From an uncultured Candidatus Saccharibacteria bacterium (GTDB taxonomy: Bacteria; Patescibacteriota; Dojkabacteria; GCA-002793355): 64,000 bases of DNA. The DNA is taken from the NCBI GenBank assembly GCA_964525295.1, contig CAZGEO010000002.1:65230-129229 (forward strand), given 5' to 3'. Position numbers and translations under genes: made by a program. The notes beneath the pieces were generated by a model that was not told the DNA's origin, searched no databases, and worked only from the letters and a program-made list of their open reading frames with translations. This document shows, in pieces, positions 37,310-45,959 of the stretch (its first letter is position 1; each line of letters starts with the position of its first letter).

Positions 37310-37714
37310 ATGGCACACGTCAAAGCTGGGTCATCCTCAGCACATCAAAAAGCAAACGTTGCTGGAAAGCACCGTGGTCTTAAAGTTAACCAGGGGCAAT
37401 TTGTCCGTGGTGGTCAGATTTTGGTTCGTCAAACTGGTGTTGTTTACAAATCAGGAATGAATACAAAATTGAGCCGTGATAACTCAGTCGTTTCACGTGT
37501 TGCGGGCTTGGTACAGTTCAGCTATATGCGCCGACCAAATGGCGTTAGAACTGTCATCAACATCGTTCCTCAGGCTGCAAAAGTTGAAAAGAAGGTCGTT
37601 ACCAAAAAGGTTGTAAAAGCCGAAGCGAAGGTTGAAAAAGTTGTTGCCGAGAAAAAGGTTGCAACCAAGAAAGTTGTAGCAAAGAAGACTGTTGCTAAGA
37701 AAGCGGTTAAGTAG
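37310..37714 (+). CDS. rpmA: 50S ribosomal protein L27 (bL27) with a 45-aa Lys/Val-rich C-terminal extension
   Basis: MAHVKAGSS...GKHRGLKV...GGQILVRQTG matches bL27. The tail AAKVEKKVVTKKVVKAEAKVEKVVAEKKVATKKVVAKKTVAKKAVK is in frame. Confidence 0.85.
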   Translation: MAHVKAGSSSAHQKANVAGKHRGLKVNQGQFVRGGQILVRQTGVVYKSGMNTKLSRDNSVVSRVAGLVQFSYMRRPNGVRTVINIVPQAAKVEKKVVTKKVVKAEAKVEKVVAEKKVATKKVVAKKTVAKKAVK

Positions 37715-37778
37715 AAGCATTTTAAGGCGGAATCCTACTTTACGTAGGGTTTCGAAATTAAGATACTTGAAATCCCTT

Positions 37779-37861
37779 GCCGGGGTGGTGGAATGGCAGA
37801 CACGTCAGCCTTAGGAGCTGATATCCGCAAGGGTGTGGAGGTTCGACTCCTCTCCTCGGCA
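37779..37861 (+). tRNA. tRNA-Leu(TAG), a type II tRNA with a long variable arm
   Basis: Acceptor GCCGGGG / CCTCGGC with a G-T wobble. Anticodon loop CTTAGGA. T-arm GGAGGTTCGACTCCTCT. Discriminator A. No CCA is encoded. Confidence 0.85.
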
Positions 37862-38070
37862 TTTCCTTCTTCTCTTCACTTCTCTACATTTTTATTAAAG
37901 CCTTCCTTTTCGCTACCGAAAAAGAACTTCTTTTTCGGCTCACGCTCAACCAGGCTTTATTCTTGGCGTTTCGCGCAGACAATAAATGCCGAGAGAAGTG
38001 AAGAGAAGAAGGGGATAGGGGATGTGAGGAGTCGAAACCCAAACGAGACAACAACAATTTGTTGTCGAGA
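37862..38070 (+). ncRNA. Structured element trailing tRNA-Leu: a 21-bp perfect long stem (37865-37885 / 37992-38012), inner hairpin CCGAAAAAGAA/TTCTTTTTCGG and hairpin GACAACAACAATTTGTTGTC
   Basis: It shares the 24-nt exact motif AGACAACAACAATTTGTTGTCGAG and the 13-mer ACCGAAAAAGAAC with the element trailing tRNA-Ser. The long stem is kept by different sequences in the two copies. Confidence 0.5.
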
Positions 38071-38284
38071 GCAGGGCGAGGTTACGCCTAAAATCCTTTC
38101 AAAGTTCAATGTTCAATTTCAGTGACGAAGCATGAGTCCTGAAATTGTTGGGGAACCGACTCCTCTCTCATCACCTTACTAATGCTGTTCGTTCACTACC
38201 GAAAGAACTGCTTCTTTCGTTTTACCGCTCGATAGAGTAGATCTTGTGTGAAGTCTCGCAAAAAGAATACAGAAATATTGAATG

Positions 38285-39343
38285 TTAGTATGTTCTGTTA
38301 ATAACGTAATCGTTCAATGATTGTAGAAATTCACGATATTCTTCATTAACATTCTTTAATTCATTCAAATTCTTATTCGACTCATTAATCAATCGCTTTG
38401 CTTCGTTAAATGCATAATCTTTTGCACCAGTGTCGATGAGAGCTTGTTTTGCTTTGGCGATCTCTGTATCGGTTGCCTTAAGATTGCCAAGTGCATTGCG
38501 AAGATCGGCTTGCTGAGTTGAGGTACCGTTCTTTATTGCATAAGCAACCATGATAGTTCCCTTGCCTTCTTTGATATCTGACGAAGAGGATTTTCCGGTC
38601 TTTTCTTCATCTCCGAATGTTCCGATAATATCATCGATTATTTGGTATGCAATTCCTGCTGGAACGGCATATTTTTCAATTTGTTCAATTTCTAATGAAC
38701 TTGCGTTTGCAAGCATTGCTCCAGCTGTTGTCGGAAGTTCGAAAGTATATCTCCCAGTTTTCAATTCATAAACTTTTAGAACATTTTCGAGACTTGGCGT
38801 TGTATGCTCATTGAGCGCATCAAGTGTTTGTCCGTAACCAACATCAATAATCTTTTTGTTTGCAAAGGCTGCAATACGTGCGTTTATTTCAGAATTATCT
38901 GATAGGGTATTGAGCAAATACATTCCTTGGTGAGAGACAACGTCTCCCATGCATATGGCGATACCCTCACTCAGGTGTTGCACATCATTGAGGTCAGCAT
39001 ATTTATCCATAAAACCATAATGTATTGTAGGATTACTGTATCTAATTGGCGCTCTATCCATTATGTCATCATGAATAAGCAGGAAGGTATGCAATAACTG
39101 AATACCCATTGCTCCTCGGAATTCCGATCGTTCAGATGCATTTCCATTTAACATCCGATGTGTCGCGATGAAAAGTGCAGGACGAAGTCGTTTTCCTCCG
39201 AAATATAAGGGGTAGGTTAGATTATAGATATCTTGAAGTTCTGGAGTGTATGTCGCAATATCTGAGCGTGCTTCTTGTAAAAAATCTTTCAAGTATGATT
39301 CTAGTTTATCGGATAATTCCGACAACTTCTCTTTGAAATTCAT
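38285..39343 (-). CDS. Polyprenyl diphosphate synthase (GGPP/FPP synthase of the CrtE/IdsA type)
   Basis: First DDxxD LLIHDDIMD and second DDxxD QIIDDIIG aspartate-rich motifs. Confidence 0.85.
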   Translation of the reverse strand: MNFKEKLSELSDKLESYLKDFLQEARSDIATYTPELQDIYNLTYPLYFGGKRLRPALFIATHRMLNGNASERSEFRGAMGIQLLHTFLLIHDDIMDRAPIRYSNPTIHYGFMDKYADLNDVQHLSEGIAICMGDVVSHQGMYLLNTLSDNSEINARIAAFANKKIIDVGYGQTLDALNEHTTPSLENVLKVYELKTGRYTFELPTTAGAMLANASSLEIEQIEKYAVPAGIAYQIIDDIIGTFGDEEKTGKSSSSDIKEGKGTIMVAYAIKNGTSTQQADLRNALGNLKATDTEIAKAKQALIDTGAKDYAFNEAKRLINESNKNLNELKNVNEEYREFLQSLNDYVINRTY

Positions 39344-40188
39344 TATGCAGTAATCAAATTTAGTAAAGCTCTCGCTATTATAAACCCTTTCTTGGGTTTC
39401 ACTTTCTTTTCAAATACTATTAATGGATTCTTTTCAATTTGAGTAGCTGTCCAATTGTACATATCGGCAGCCGTTTTTATTGCAATGCGATATCTTCTAG
39501 GAATATATTTGTAACCAGCTTCGGCTTCTTTTTGCCAAGTTCTGTAGTAAGTAAGTTGCGCGCGAACGAAGTTCGCGAAACTTTCTTCGTTCGCGCGCAC
39601 AGCAACTTCAGTGAGCTCAGAGAGCCCATATTTTTGCATTTCTGTCGTCGGAAGATATTGGCGACCTAGTGAAATATCTTCATTAATATCACGAATAAAA
39701 TTGATGTATTGCATTGATTTTCCTAGTGCTTGCGCTGCGGGATATGCAATTTCGGGAATTCCTAATAATTTACACATGAATAGCCCTACAACTTCAGCAG
39801 AGCCGTACATATATACTTTTGTTTCCTCAATGGTTGAATAGGTCTTTTTCGTTAAATCAGCTTGCATGGCATCAAGAAAAGCGATGGTCCATTCGGGGGC
39901 AAAATTCAACTCGTTCGCCAGAGCGATATAGTCATCAACAACAAAGTCACCACTTTGCCAATCATTTTTTCCTTTGTTGAGCATATCTAATGCGGTTTCA
40001 TATCGTTTTCTGAGGATATAGAATTCGGTTTCTTGTTGGGGAATAGCATCGACATAATCATCAGCTTTTCTAACGAAAGCATATAATCTGGTTACATATT
40101 CGCGGATCTTCGGTGGGAAAAAAAGGCTCGCAGTAAAATAGGTGGTACTACCATTTTTGAATAGTGCTTGTTGTTCAGTGCTTGGCAT
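39343..40188 (-). CDS. Phytoene/dehydrosqualene synthase family protein (CrtB/CrtM)
   Basis: YAFVRKADDYVD and the QYINFIRDINEDISLGRQYLP motifs of squalene/phytoene synthases. Confidence 0.8.
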   Translation of the reverse strand: MPSTEQQALFKNGSTTYFTASLFFPPKIREYVTRLYAFVRKADDYVDAIPQQETEFYILRKRYETALDMLNKGKNDWQSGDFVVDDYIALANELNFAPEWTIAFLDAMQADLTKKTYSTIEETKVYMYGSAEVVGLFMCKLLGIPEIAYPAAQALGKSMQYINFIRDINEDISLGRQYLPTTEMQKYGLSELTEVAVRANEESFANFVRAQLTYYRTWQKEAEAGYKYIPRRYRIAIKTAADMYNWTATQIEKNPLIVFEKKVKPKKGFIIARALLNLITA

Positions 40189-41665
40189 ATTGTGAATGAA
40201 CTAGATCTGCGGTAACCTTTCCTGAGATAATGACCATAGGCAGGCCAATTCCTGGATGCGTATAGTGACCGACGTAAAATAGGTTGGGAATTTTGCGGCT
40301 TTGATTGTATGGGCGGAAAGCAGCTGTTTGAAATAAAGTCTGTGCAAGACCGAAATTATTTCCTTGGAATGAATTGTACAGTGAATCTTGATCTCTATGC
40401 GAAATGATTCTCTTATAGATGATATGTTTTCGGATCTCTGTGTTAGTGATACTTTCCAAGTGAGTAATGACTCTGGTAAAAAGCTCTTCTCTTCGTTCAT
40501 CCGTGTCAACCAGACCTGACGCAACGGGTACGAGAACAAAGAGGCTTTCTCCGTGTTCCGGAGCTAATGATGGATCAGTTTTTGCCGTTGCATGAAAGTA
40601 GTACGACGGAATGCCTGTTGGCCAATCTTTCTTTGTAAAAAGGGATTCAAAGTGAGAATCCCAACTCTCTAATGAAAAGTAATAGTTATGGTGCAATGAA
40701 TTTTGGAGCTTGCAATCTAATCCTAAATAGAAGAGTACCGTAGAAGGTGAGATAGTTTTGTTTTTCCATTTTTCTTCGGGGATTGATTGCCACTCGGGAG
40801 CCAGTAATTTGGTTTCAACATGATGGTAGTCTGCGTTGGCTATGACAATATCTGCACTAATTTCTTTCTCTGCGACACAGAAACTCTTGACTATCCCATT
40901 GTCAACATTCAACTTGGTGACTTCGCTATTGGTAATAATTGTAACTCCTAATTCGTTCGCTAATTTAGCGATTCCCTCAATTACTTTATACATTCCACCT
41001 TTAGGGAACCAAGTCCCTTGTTCGAAGTCAACGTTAAGTATAAATGAGTAGATTGAAGGAAGGTTCTTGGGACTTGCTCCGAGAAATAGCGAATGCCACG
41101 TTACTAGCTTCTGCATTCTTGGATCTTTGAAATTCTTCTTGATTACGTAATCAAGCGGCAGGTAAGCCTGCGTTCGGATGCCATCTATTATTAACTCTTT
41201 TACGAACATCGAAAAGAGTGAAGGGTAATTTTTGTAAAGAAATTTATCTTCGGCTGTCTTTAGCATATATCTGCCATTTTCAAGAAGTTTTGCAAGTTTG
41301 GTGCTACTACCGGGCTCGATTTCTTCAATTAATTTGTAAAAGTCTTCTAGATTTGCAGGAATATCATAAAATTCTGACTCTGAGAAAAAAACGCGATAAC
41401 TTGGATCTAGGCGTTTGAGCTCATAATAATCGCTTTGCTTTTTACCAAAATCAGCAAAGAATTTTTCGAAGAGATGTGGCATCCAATACCAGGAGGGCCC
41501 CATGTCAAAATGGAAACCGTCTTTTTCAAAGAACATTGCACGGCCACCTACGATTTCATTTTTTTCGTAAATTGTTACGTTATATCCTTCTTTTGCAAGA
41601 TAACAAGCGGTGGTTAAGCCACCTAGGCCTCCTCCAATTATTGCTACGGTTTTATTCTTTTTCAT
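40175..41665 (-). CDS. Phytoene desaturase family flavoprotein (CrtI/CrtN)
   Basis: N-terminal VAIIGGGLGGLTTACYLAKEGYNVTIYEKNEIVGGRA dinucleotide-binding motif. The length of 496 aa fits CrtI-family enzymes. Confidence 0.8.
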   Translation of the reverse strand: MKKNKTVAIIGGGLGGLTTACYLAKEGYNVTIYEKNEIVGGRAMFFEKDGFHFDMGPSWYWMPHLFEKFFADFGKKQSDYYELKRLDPSYRVFFSESEFYDIPANLEDFYKLIEEIEPGSSTKLAKLLENGRYMLKTAEDKFLYKNYPSLFSMFVKELIIDGIRTQAYLPLDYVIKKNFKDPRMQKLVTWHSLFLGASPKNLPSIYSFILNVDFEQGTWFPKGGMYKVIEGIAKLANELGVTIITNSEVTKLNVDNGIVKSFCVAEKEISADIVIANADYHHVETKLLAPEWQSIPEEKWKNKTISPSTVLFYLGLDCKLQNSLHHNYYFSLESWDSHFESLFTKKDWPTGIPSYYFHATAKTDPSLAPEHGESLFVLVPVASGLVDTDERREELFTRVITHLESITNTEIRKHIIYKRIISHRDQDSLYNSFQGNNFGLAQTLFQTAAFRPYNQSRKIPNLFYVGHYTHPGIGLPMVIISGKVTADLVHSQYAKH

Positions 41666-42347
41666 AGACTAATCCTTGATAATACATATATAGTGGTCCA
41701 ATCATTCCCCCCGCGAGAAAGTACCAAATTACATCGTCTAGTGGTAGTGACAAAACATTAATGTGTGGAGTATTCGCATATAACCAGAAGGATTCAACCC
41801 ATCCTGGGACGATCATATCAATTACCCAGTATACTATGATTGCAATTATTGAGAATGAAAAGGCTGTAAAAAGAGCATTCTTCCATAGGTCAGGTCTAGA
41901 AAATTGCGTCAAGACAATTACTGCGCTTGCACTTAGAATTGTCGCATGCAATGAATTCAGATGAAAGAAGAAGAATGTCATGAAGAATACTGCTAAACCC
42001 GTGATTGCTAATTTCGCTGCTCTTATAACAGCATCTCGTTGAGAAATATATAGTTCGGGAGATTGAGTTGTTTTAAGATTAAAGATTGCTGTATGAATAA
42101 CTGAAGCAATCCCTCCTGAAGAAAATCCGAAGATCCACGGTTCGATTGAAAAAGAACTTCCTGTTACTGTAATTGGGTGATACCAATCGATACTATAGAC
42201 GGGGTCACTTATTTGTCCAATAAAGGCAAATATGACAGACATAAATACTTGCTGCTGGCGTAGTCGAGGAAATTTGAAATAGATTACAAGCCAAAGTATT
42301 AGGTATATGCATCCTAGTAATAAATAAGCAATACCTAGCAAGTTCAT
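41652..42347 (-). CDS. Lycopene-cyclase-domain membrane protein (CrtYcd type)
   Basis: Polytopic 231-aa protein at the head of the crt operon. The LPLDDVIWYF motif resembles the PxEE motif of heterodimeric-type lycopene cyclases. Confidence 0.45.
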   Translation of the reverse strand: MNLLGIAYLLLGCIYLILWLVIYFKFPRLRQQQVFMSVIFAFIGQISDPVYSIDWYHPITVTGSSFSIEPWIFGFSSGGIASVIHTAIFNLKTTQSPELYISQRDAVIRAAKLAITGLAVFFMTFFFFHLNSLHATILSASAVIVLTQFSRPDLWKNALFTAFSFSIIAIIVYWVIDMIVPGWVESFWLYANTPHINVLSLPLDDVIWYFLAGGMIGPLYMYYQGLVYEKE

Positions 42348-42510
42348 CGAGCAAGTATACCAGAAAAAGAGGCTTTTCTGAATAGGTAAGGTGAATTGAA
42401 AGTGGCTAGCTATACCCGCACTTCAATGAGTGCACTGTGGTATTTTCTGTGTGATATTCCACAAGAATCAAAAGGAGCGGGGTTATTAGATATTGTGGGA
42501 TTTAAAAATA

Positions 42511-42582
42511 TGCCGCTACGGGGAGTCGAACCCCGCCCAGAGGATTGAAAATCCTCTGTCCTAACCGATAGACGATAGCGGC
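42511..42582 (-). tRNA. tRNA-Glu(TTC)
   Basis: The minus-strand cloverleaf has acceptor GCCGCTA / TAGCGGC, anticodon stem GAGGA/TCCTC with loop TTTTCAA, and T-arm CGGGGTTCGACTCCCCG. Confidence 0.85.
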
Positions 42583-42859
42583 AATGGTGAATTATACAAA
42601 ATTGTAAGCGCAGAATCAATATCGAGAGCAAAACAATTATCAATTTTCAATTCTTAATGTTTAATATAAATGAATAGAGGAAGTTAATTACGAAAGCGGG
42701 GGAATTTTGCTTTCGATTTTGGGTTTATTGTTCTATTCGAAAATTAAGAATAATCATTATTAATGGAGAAGAAACCAAAAATGTAATTTGTTTGAATTGC
42801 TTATGGATAATTATATTGTTTCACATGAAATCCTTCAAAAAATATGCTACCATGTCAGC

Positions 42860-43420
42860 ATGAACCTATTCAAAAAAATTCTTGATTCGCTGGAGTTTTA
42901 CATCTTTGCCGGCGTGTTTTTTATTATCATTTGGTACTTCGTTTTAAGCCCTCGTGCAATTGATGGCGTTTCGATGTTTCCGTACTTACATAACAACGAT
43001 TTTATATTAGTATACAAACTGGAATACCTTTCAAGCGACCCAAAACGGGGAGATGTTGCAGTCTTCAAACATTCTGAAACGCAAGATTACATTAAAAGAG
43101 TAATTGGCTTGCCTGGTGAAACAATAAAAATTCAAAATTGTAAAGTTTATATAAACGGGCAATTACTCGATGAACCATATCTCGATTCATCGGTTTGTAC
43201 TGAACCTCAGGCAACAATTCGTGAAGGTGTGCCATATAAAATTCCAGAGGGTGAATTCGTTTTAATTGGTGATAACCGTCCACAATCTACAGATTCCCGC
43301 GAGTTTGGTGCAGTTCCCAAAGATTATATTGAAGGTCGAGCACTCGCTGTATGGTTTCCTCCAGAGAATTCAAAGATTATTAATAGGTTAAATTATGATG
43401 GCGCAAAAATCGCCGAATAG
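42860..43420 (+). CDS. lepB: Signal peptidase I
   Basis: GVSMFPYL catalytic-Ser box and the GDNRPQSTDSREFG box. The start is placed at the Met before the TM helix. The ORF-track start at 42788 is probably too early. Confidence 0.85.
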   Translation: MNLFKKILDSLEFYIFAGVFFIIIWYFVLSPRAIDGVSMFPYLHNNDFILVYKLEYLSSDPKRGDVAVFKHSETQDYIKRVIGLPGETIKIQNCKVYINGQLLDEPYLDSSVCTEPQATIREGVPYKIPEGEFVLIGDNRPQSTDSREFGAVPKDYIEGRALAVWFPPENSKIINRLNYDGAKIAE

Positions 43421-43421
43421 T

Positions 43422-44237
43422 ATGAAAATATCATTAGTTCAAACGCTAGATAAAAACCTGGGGCAGACATTGCCTGTTGAATCGTTAAAAGTGTATCCGA
43501 AAGTCCCGGTTATGAATATGTCTGTCAGTAAAATGCTAGCATTCGCCGAAGAAGTACGTAAAGATGGCCAACGTTTGCCTCTGGTATGTTTTAAGACGCC
43601 AGGTGGGCCAGAAGTCGTTTTAGGCGAGCTTTACTTGCGCATTCTCAAGCTCGCCTCGATGGAGCAGGCTGTCATCGTTTACATCGATGACATACCGCTC
43701 GAAATTCTGCACCTTATCATTCTTGCATATCTTGAGGGGGAATTTATGTCTCTTGCTGAGCAAATTGTGTTGTTGCATTATTTGAGCAAGGCCAAGAAAG
43801 CTTCACACGCACAATTGGCACTTCGCTTTAAGTTGAGCAGAACTGTTGTTACTAATCGTATTCGATTATTTGCACTTCCGTACGAAGTTATGAGCGGATT
43901 AGTTAATGACGAAATATCTGAAGGGCATGCGCGAGCTTTGTTGTCGTTAAAGCGCGATGATTTGATTGTTAATGCATTTGAAATCATCAAAAAAGATTCC
44001 TTATCAGTTAGAGAAGCTGAAGAATTAGTTCGCCGTCTTTTAGGTAGAGGAAAGCGATTTAAGCAATCTTCAACAAAATTGAACGTGGAATACGACATGA
44101 TTGCTAAACAAGTCGGTGAAATGTTAGGTTCAAAGGCCTATATTCAACCACTTTTACGTGGTGGGCGATTGATTGTAAGCTTTAAGAGTAAGGAAGATCT
44201 CAAACAAATTCTCGAAAGAATTCACGTGGTGATCTAG
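43422..44237 (+). CDS. ParB/Spo0J-like HTH protein with a degenerate ParB box
   Basis: HTH LSRTVVTNRIRLFALPYEV...EGHARALL matches ParB. The arginine-rich GERRxRA motif reads GELYLRILKLA. No parA is nearby. Confidence 0.5.
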   Translation: MKISLVQTLDKNLGQTLPVESLKVYPKVPVMNMSVSKMLAFAEEVRKDGQRLPLVCFKTPGGPEVVLGELYLRILKLASMEQAVIVYIDDIPLEILHLIILAYLEGEFMSLAEQIVLLHYLSKAKKASHAQLALRFKLSRTVVTNRIRLFALPYEVMSGLVNDEISEGHARALLSLKRDDLIVNAFEIIKKDSLSVREAEELVRRLLGRGKRFKQSSTKLNVEYDMIAKQVGEMLGSKAYIQPLLRGGRLIVSFKSKEDLKQILERIHVVI

Positions 44238-44238
44238 T

Positions 44239-45420
44239 ATGTTTCCTTTTACTTTTTTGCTTTTGTTAGTGCAACTTTTTGAGAATTCGATGGCGTTTAT
44301 GTACGCATTGTTGGTTATTGATGCGGGATTCTCGAATATTGAACTTGGATTACTTTTAGCTATTCCTGCAGCAGCAGGTTTTATGTTTGATTTGCTTTTG
44401 AGTAGATTCGCTTTGAAATTTAATTGGAAAACATTGTTTCAAGGTGCAACTCTTTTGGCAGTAGTATTTGCAGCCTTATTGTATTTCGCGATTTTTACCA
44501 AATCTTTTATCGCGTTTCTTTTTGCAGGAATCGCATGGTATGTGTATTACGAACTATTTTGTTTGATGCAACAGCAATACGTTGTGCAGGAATACACTAA
44601 GGCACAATTTTCGAGAATTTGGGGAATACTGTATATAACGATGCAGGTTGGATGGGTAATTGGTCCAATATTGGGAGCGCTGGCGCTTAGTAAATTATCA
44701 GAAAATGCGATTGTATTGCATGGCGGTGTAGCGATTTTGGTAACTTTTGTTTTGGCTATTCTGCCAATCTCAAAACGAGCAGCGAAATTGCGAGAAGAAA
44801 ATGAACAAAAAGAACAATTGACAGAACCAAAAGTATCTACCTGGAAGTTGTTTATGCGAATTTTGCCAGTTGCAAGCGCCTATGTCTTAATGCTTTTGAT
44901 AACTGAGCTATTCCAAAATATTGGCGGAGTATATGGGGAAGAGTTGCAGTTAGGGCGGGAATGGGCTTGGCTCGTGATTTCGATCTTCGCCTTTGCATTA
45001 GCGATTGGGCCAATATTCTTGAGTAAGTTCGCAATTACCAGAGGAAAAAAGTATCTTTCATTACTTCTTCTTGCCTTTGGTGGAGCATTTTTGTTCTCAA
45101 CTTTTTTCATAAACAATATCATCTTGCTACTTTTCTCGATGTTTTGTTCTGGTTTAGCGGTGTCGGTAGCGCTACCGCTCGAAGAAGCTGTATTTAGTGA
45201 CTTTGAAAAAAGGAGTCCAAAAGAGCGAGCAAGTCTTATGATGCTGGTTCGATTGGTCGCTTCAATTGCGTATATAATTTCTCCACTTCTAGGAGGCTTT
45301 TTTGCTGAATTGTGGGGATATAAAGTTGCCTTCGCAGCACTTGGGGGTATCGTCTTTGTTGGTGCATTAACGTTAAGATTGTTTACCCCAGCAAAAATTA
45401 AGATTCCTCACGCGAACTAG
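44239..45420 (+). CDS. MFS-family transporter
   Basis: Twelve predicted TM helices in a two-half MFS topology. Confidence 0.65.
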   Translation: MFPFTFLLLLVQLFENSMAFMYALLVIDAGFSNIELGLLLAIPAAAGFMFDLLLSRFALKFNWKTLFQGATLLAVVFAALLYFAIFTKSFIAFLFAGIAWYVYYELFCLMQQQYVVQEYTKAQFSRIWGILYITMQVGWVIGPILGALALSKLSENAIVLHGGVAILVTFVLAILPISKRAAKLREENEQKEQLTEPKVSTWKLFMRILPVASAYVLMLLITELFQNIGGVYGEELQLGREWAWLVISIFAFALAIGPIFLSKFAITRGKKYLSLLLLAFGGAFLFSTFFINNIILLLFSMFCSGLAVSVALPLEEAVFSDFEKRSPKERASLMMLVRLVASIAYIISPLLGGFFAELWGYKVAFAALGGIVFVGALTLRLFTPAKIKIPHAN

Positions 45421-45863
45421 GCTTTCTTTTTGTTTCGCAGTATTTTTCGAATATCTTTTAGTACCGACAATTCAGAATCTTTTTTAATTGCAACTGCTTC
45501 TTCTTTTTTCTTGAAGGCATTTAGTGCCTTAACTAGGGCGAATACAACGAGAGAAATCAAGAGAAAATTAAAGACATTTTGTAAGAAGCTGCCATATGCA
45601 ATAGCTACTTCAGGAATCACTTTACCTGACGCGTCTGTTGTAGCTGACTGCAATATTATTCGCAAGTCGCTGAAGTTGACTCTTCCGAGAATCATGCCAA
45701 TCGGTGGCATAACGATATCTTTTACTAGCGAATTCACTATACTGGTAAAGGCTGCGCCGATGATGATACCGACGGCTAAATCAACCACATTCCCTCGTGA
45801 AATAAAGGTTTGAAATTCCTTAATTATGCTTGTTTTTTCTTTTTCCATAATTAATTTTATCAC
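45417..45863 (-). CDS. mscL: Large-conductance mechanosensitive channel MscL
   Basis: FISRGNVVDLAVGIIIGAAFTSIVNSLVKDIVMPPIG is a near-canonical MscL TM1 and periplasmic loop. Confidence 0.85.
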   Translation of the reverse strand: MIKLIMEKEKTSIIKEFQTFISRGNVVDLAVGIIIGAAFTSIVNSLVKDIVMPPIGMILGRVNFSDLRIILQSATTDASGKVIPEVAIAYGSFLQNVFNFLLISLVVFALVKALNAFKKKEEAVAIKKDSELSVLKDIRKILRNKKKA

Positions 45864-45959
45864 CTAAAATAAATAATTGAATTTTGCATTGATAATTGAG
45901 AATTAGAAATTAACTATGTTACCTGTACAACTTTCCCTCGTTATGTCACAATAAGTCTT

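Noticed and set aside
37565-37714. A separate histone-H1-like small gene encoded by the Lys/Val-rich repeat
   Set aside because: The repeat is in frame and continuous with bL27, with no internal start or stop. It is treated as a C-terminal extension of rpmA.
37793-38125. 110-aa ORF on the plus strand overlapping tRNA-Leu and the downstream repeat region
   Set aside because: It begins inside the tRNA gene and runs through low-complexity inverted-repeat DNA. It is an artefact of six-frame translation.
38149-38171. An attL/attR site of a tRNA-integrated element, from the forward partial copy of the tRNA-Leu 3' end
   Set aside because: Only an 11-nt exact core matches. No integrase, excisionase or phage genes are in the window. 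It is kept as a low-interest observation, not annotated as a mobile element.
42410-42643. 77-aa minus-strand ORF overlapping tRNA-Glu
   Set aside because: It overlaps a confidently folded tRNA. There is no coding signal.
43422-44237. ParABS chromosome-partition locus
   Set aside because: No parA gene is present, and the ParB arginine box is degenerate. The gene is called only as ParB-like.
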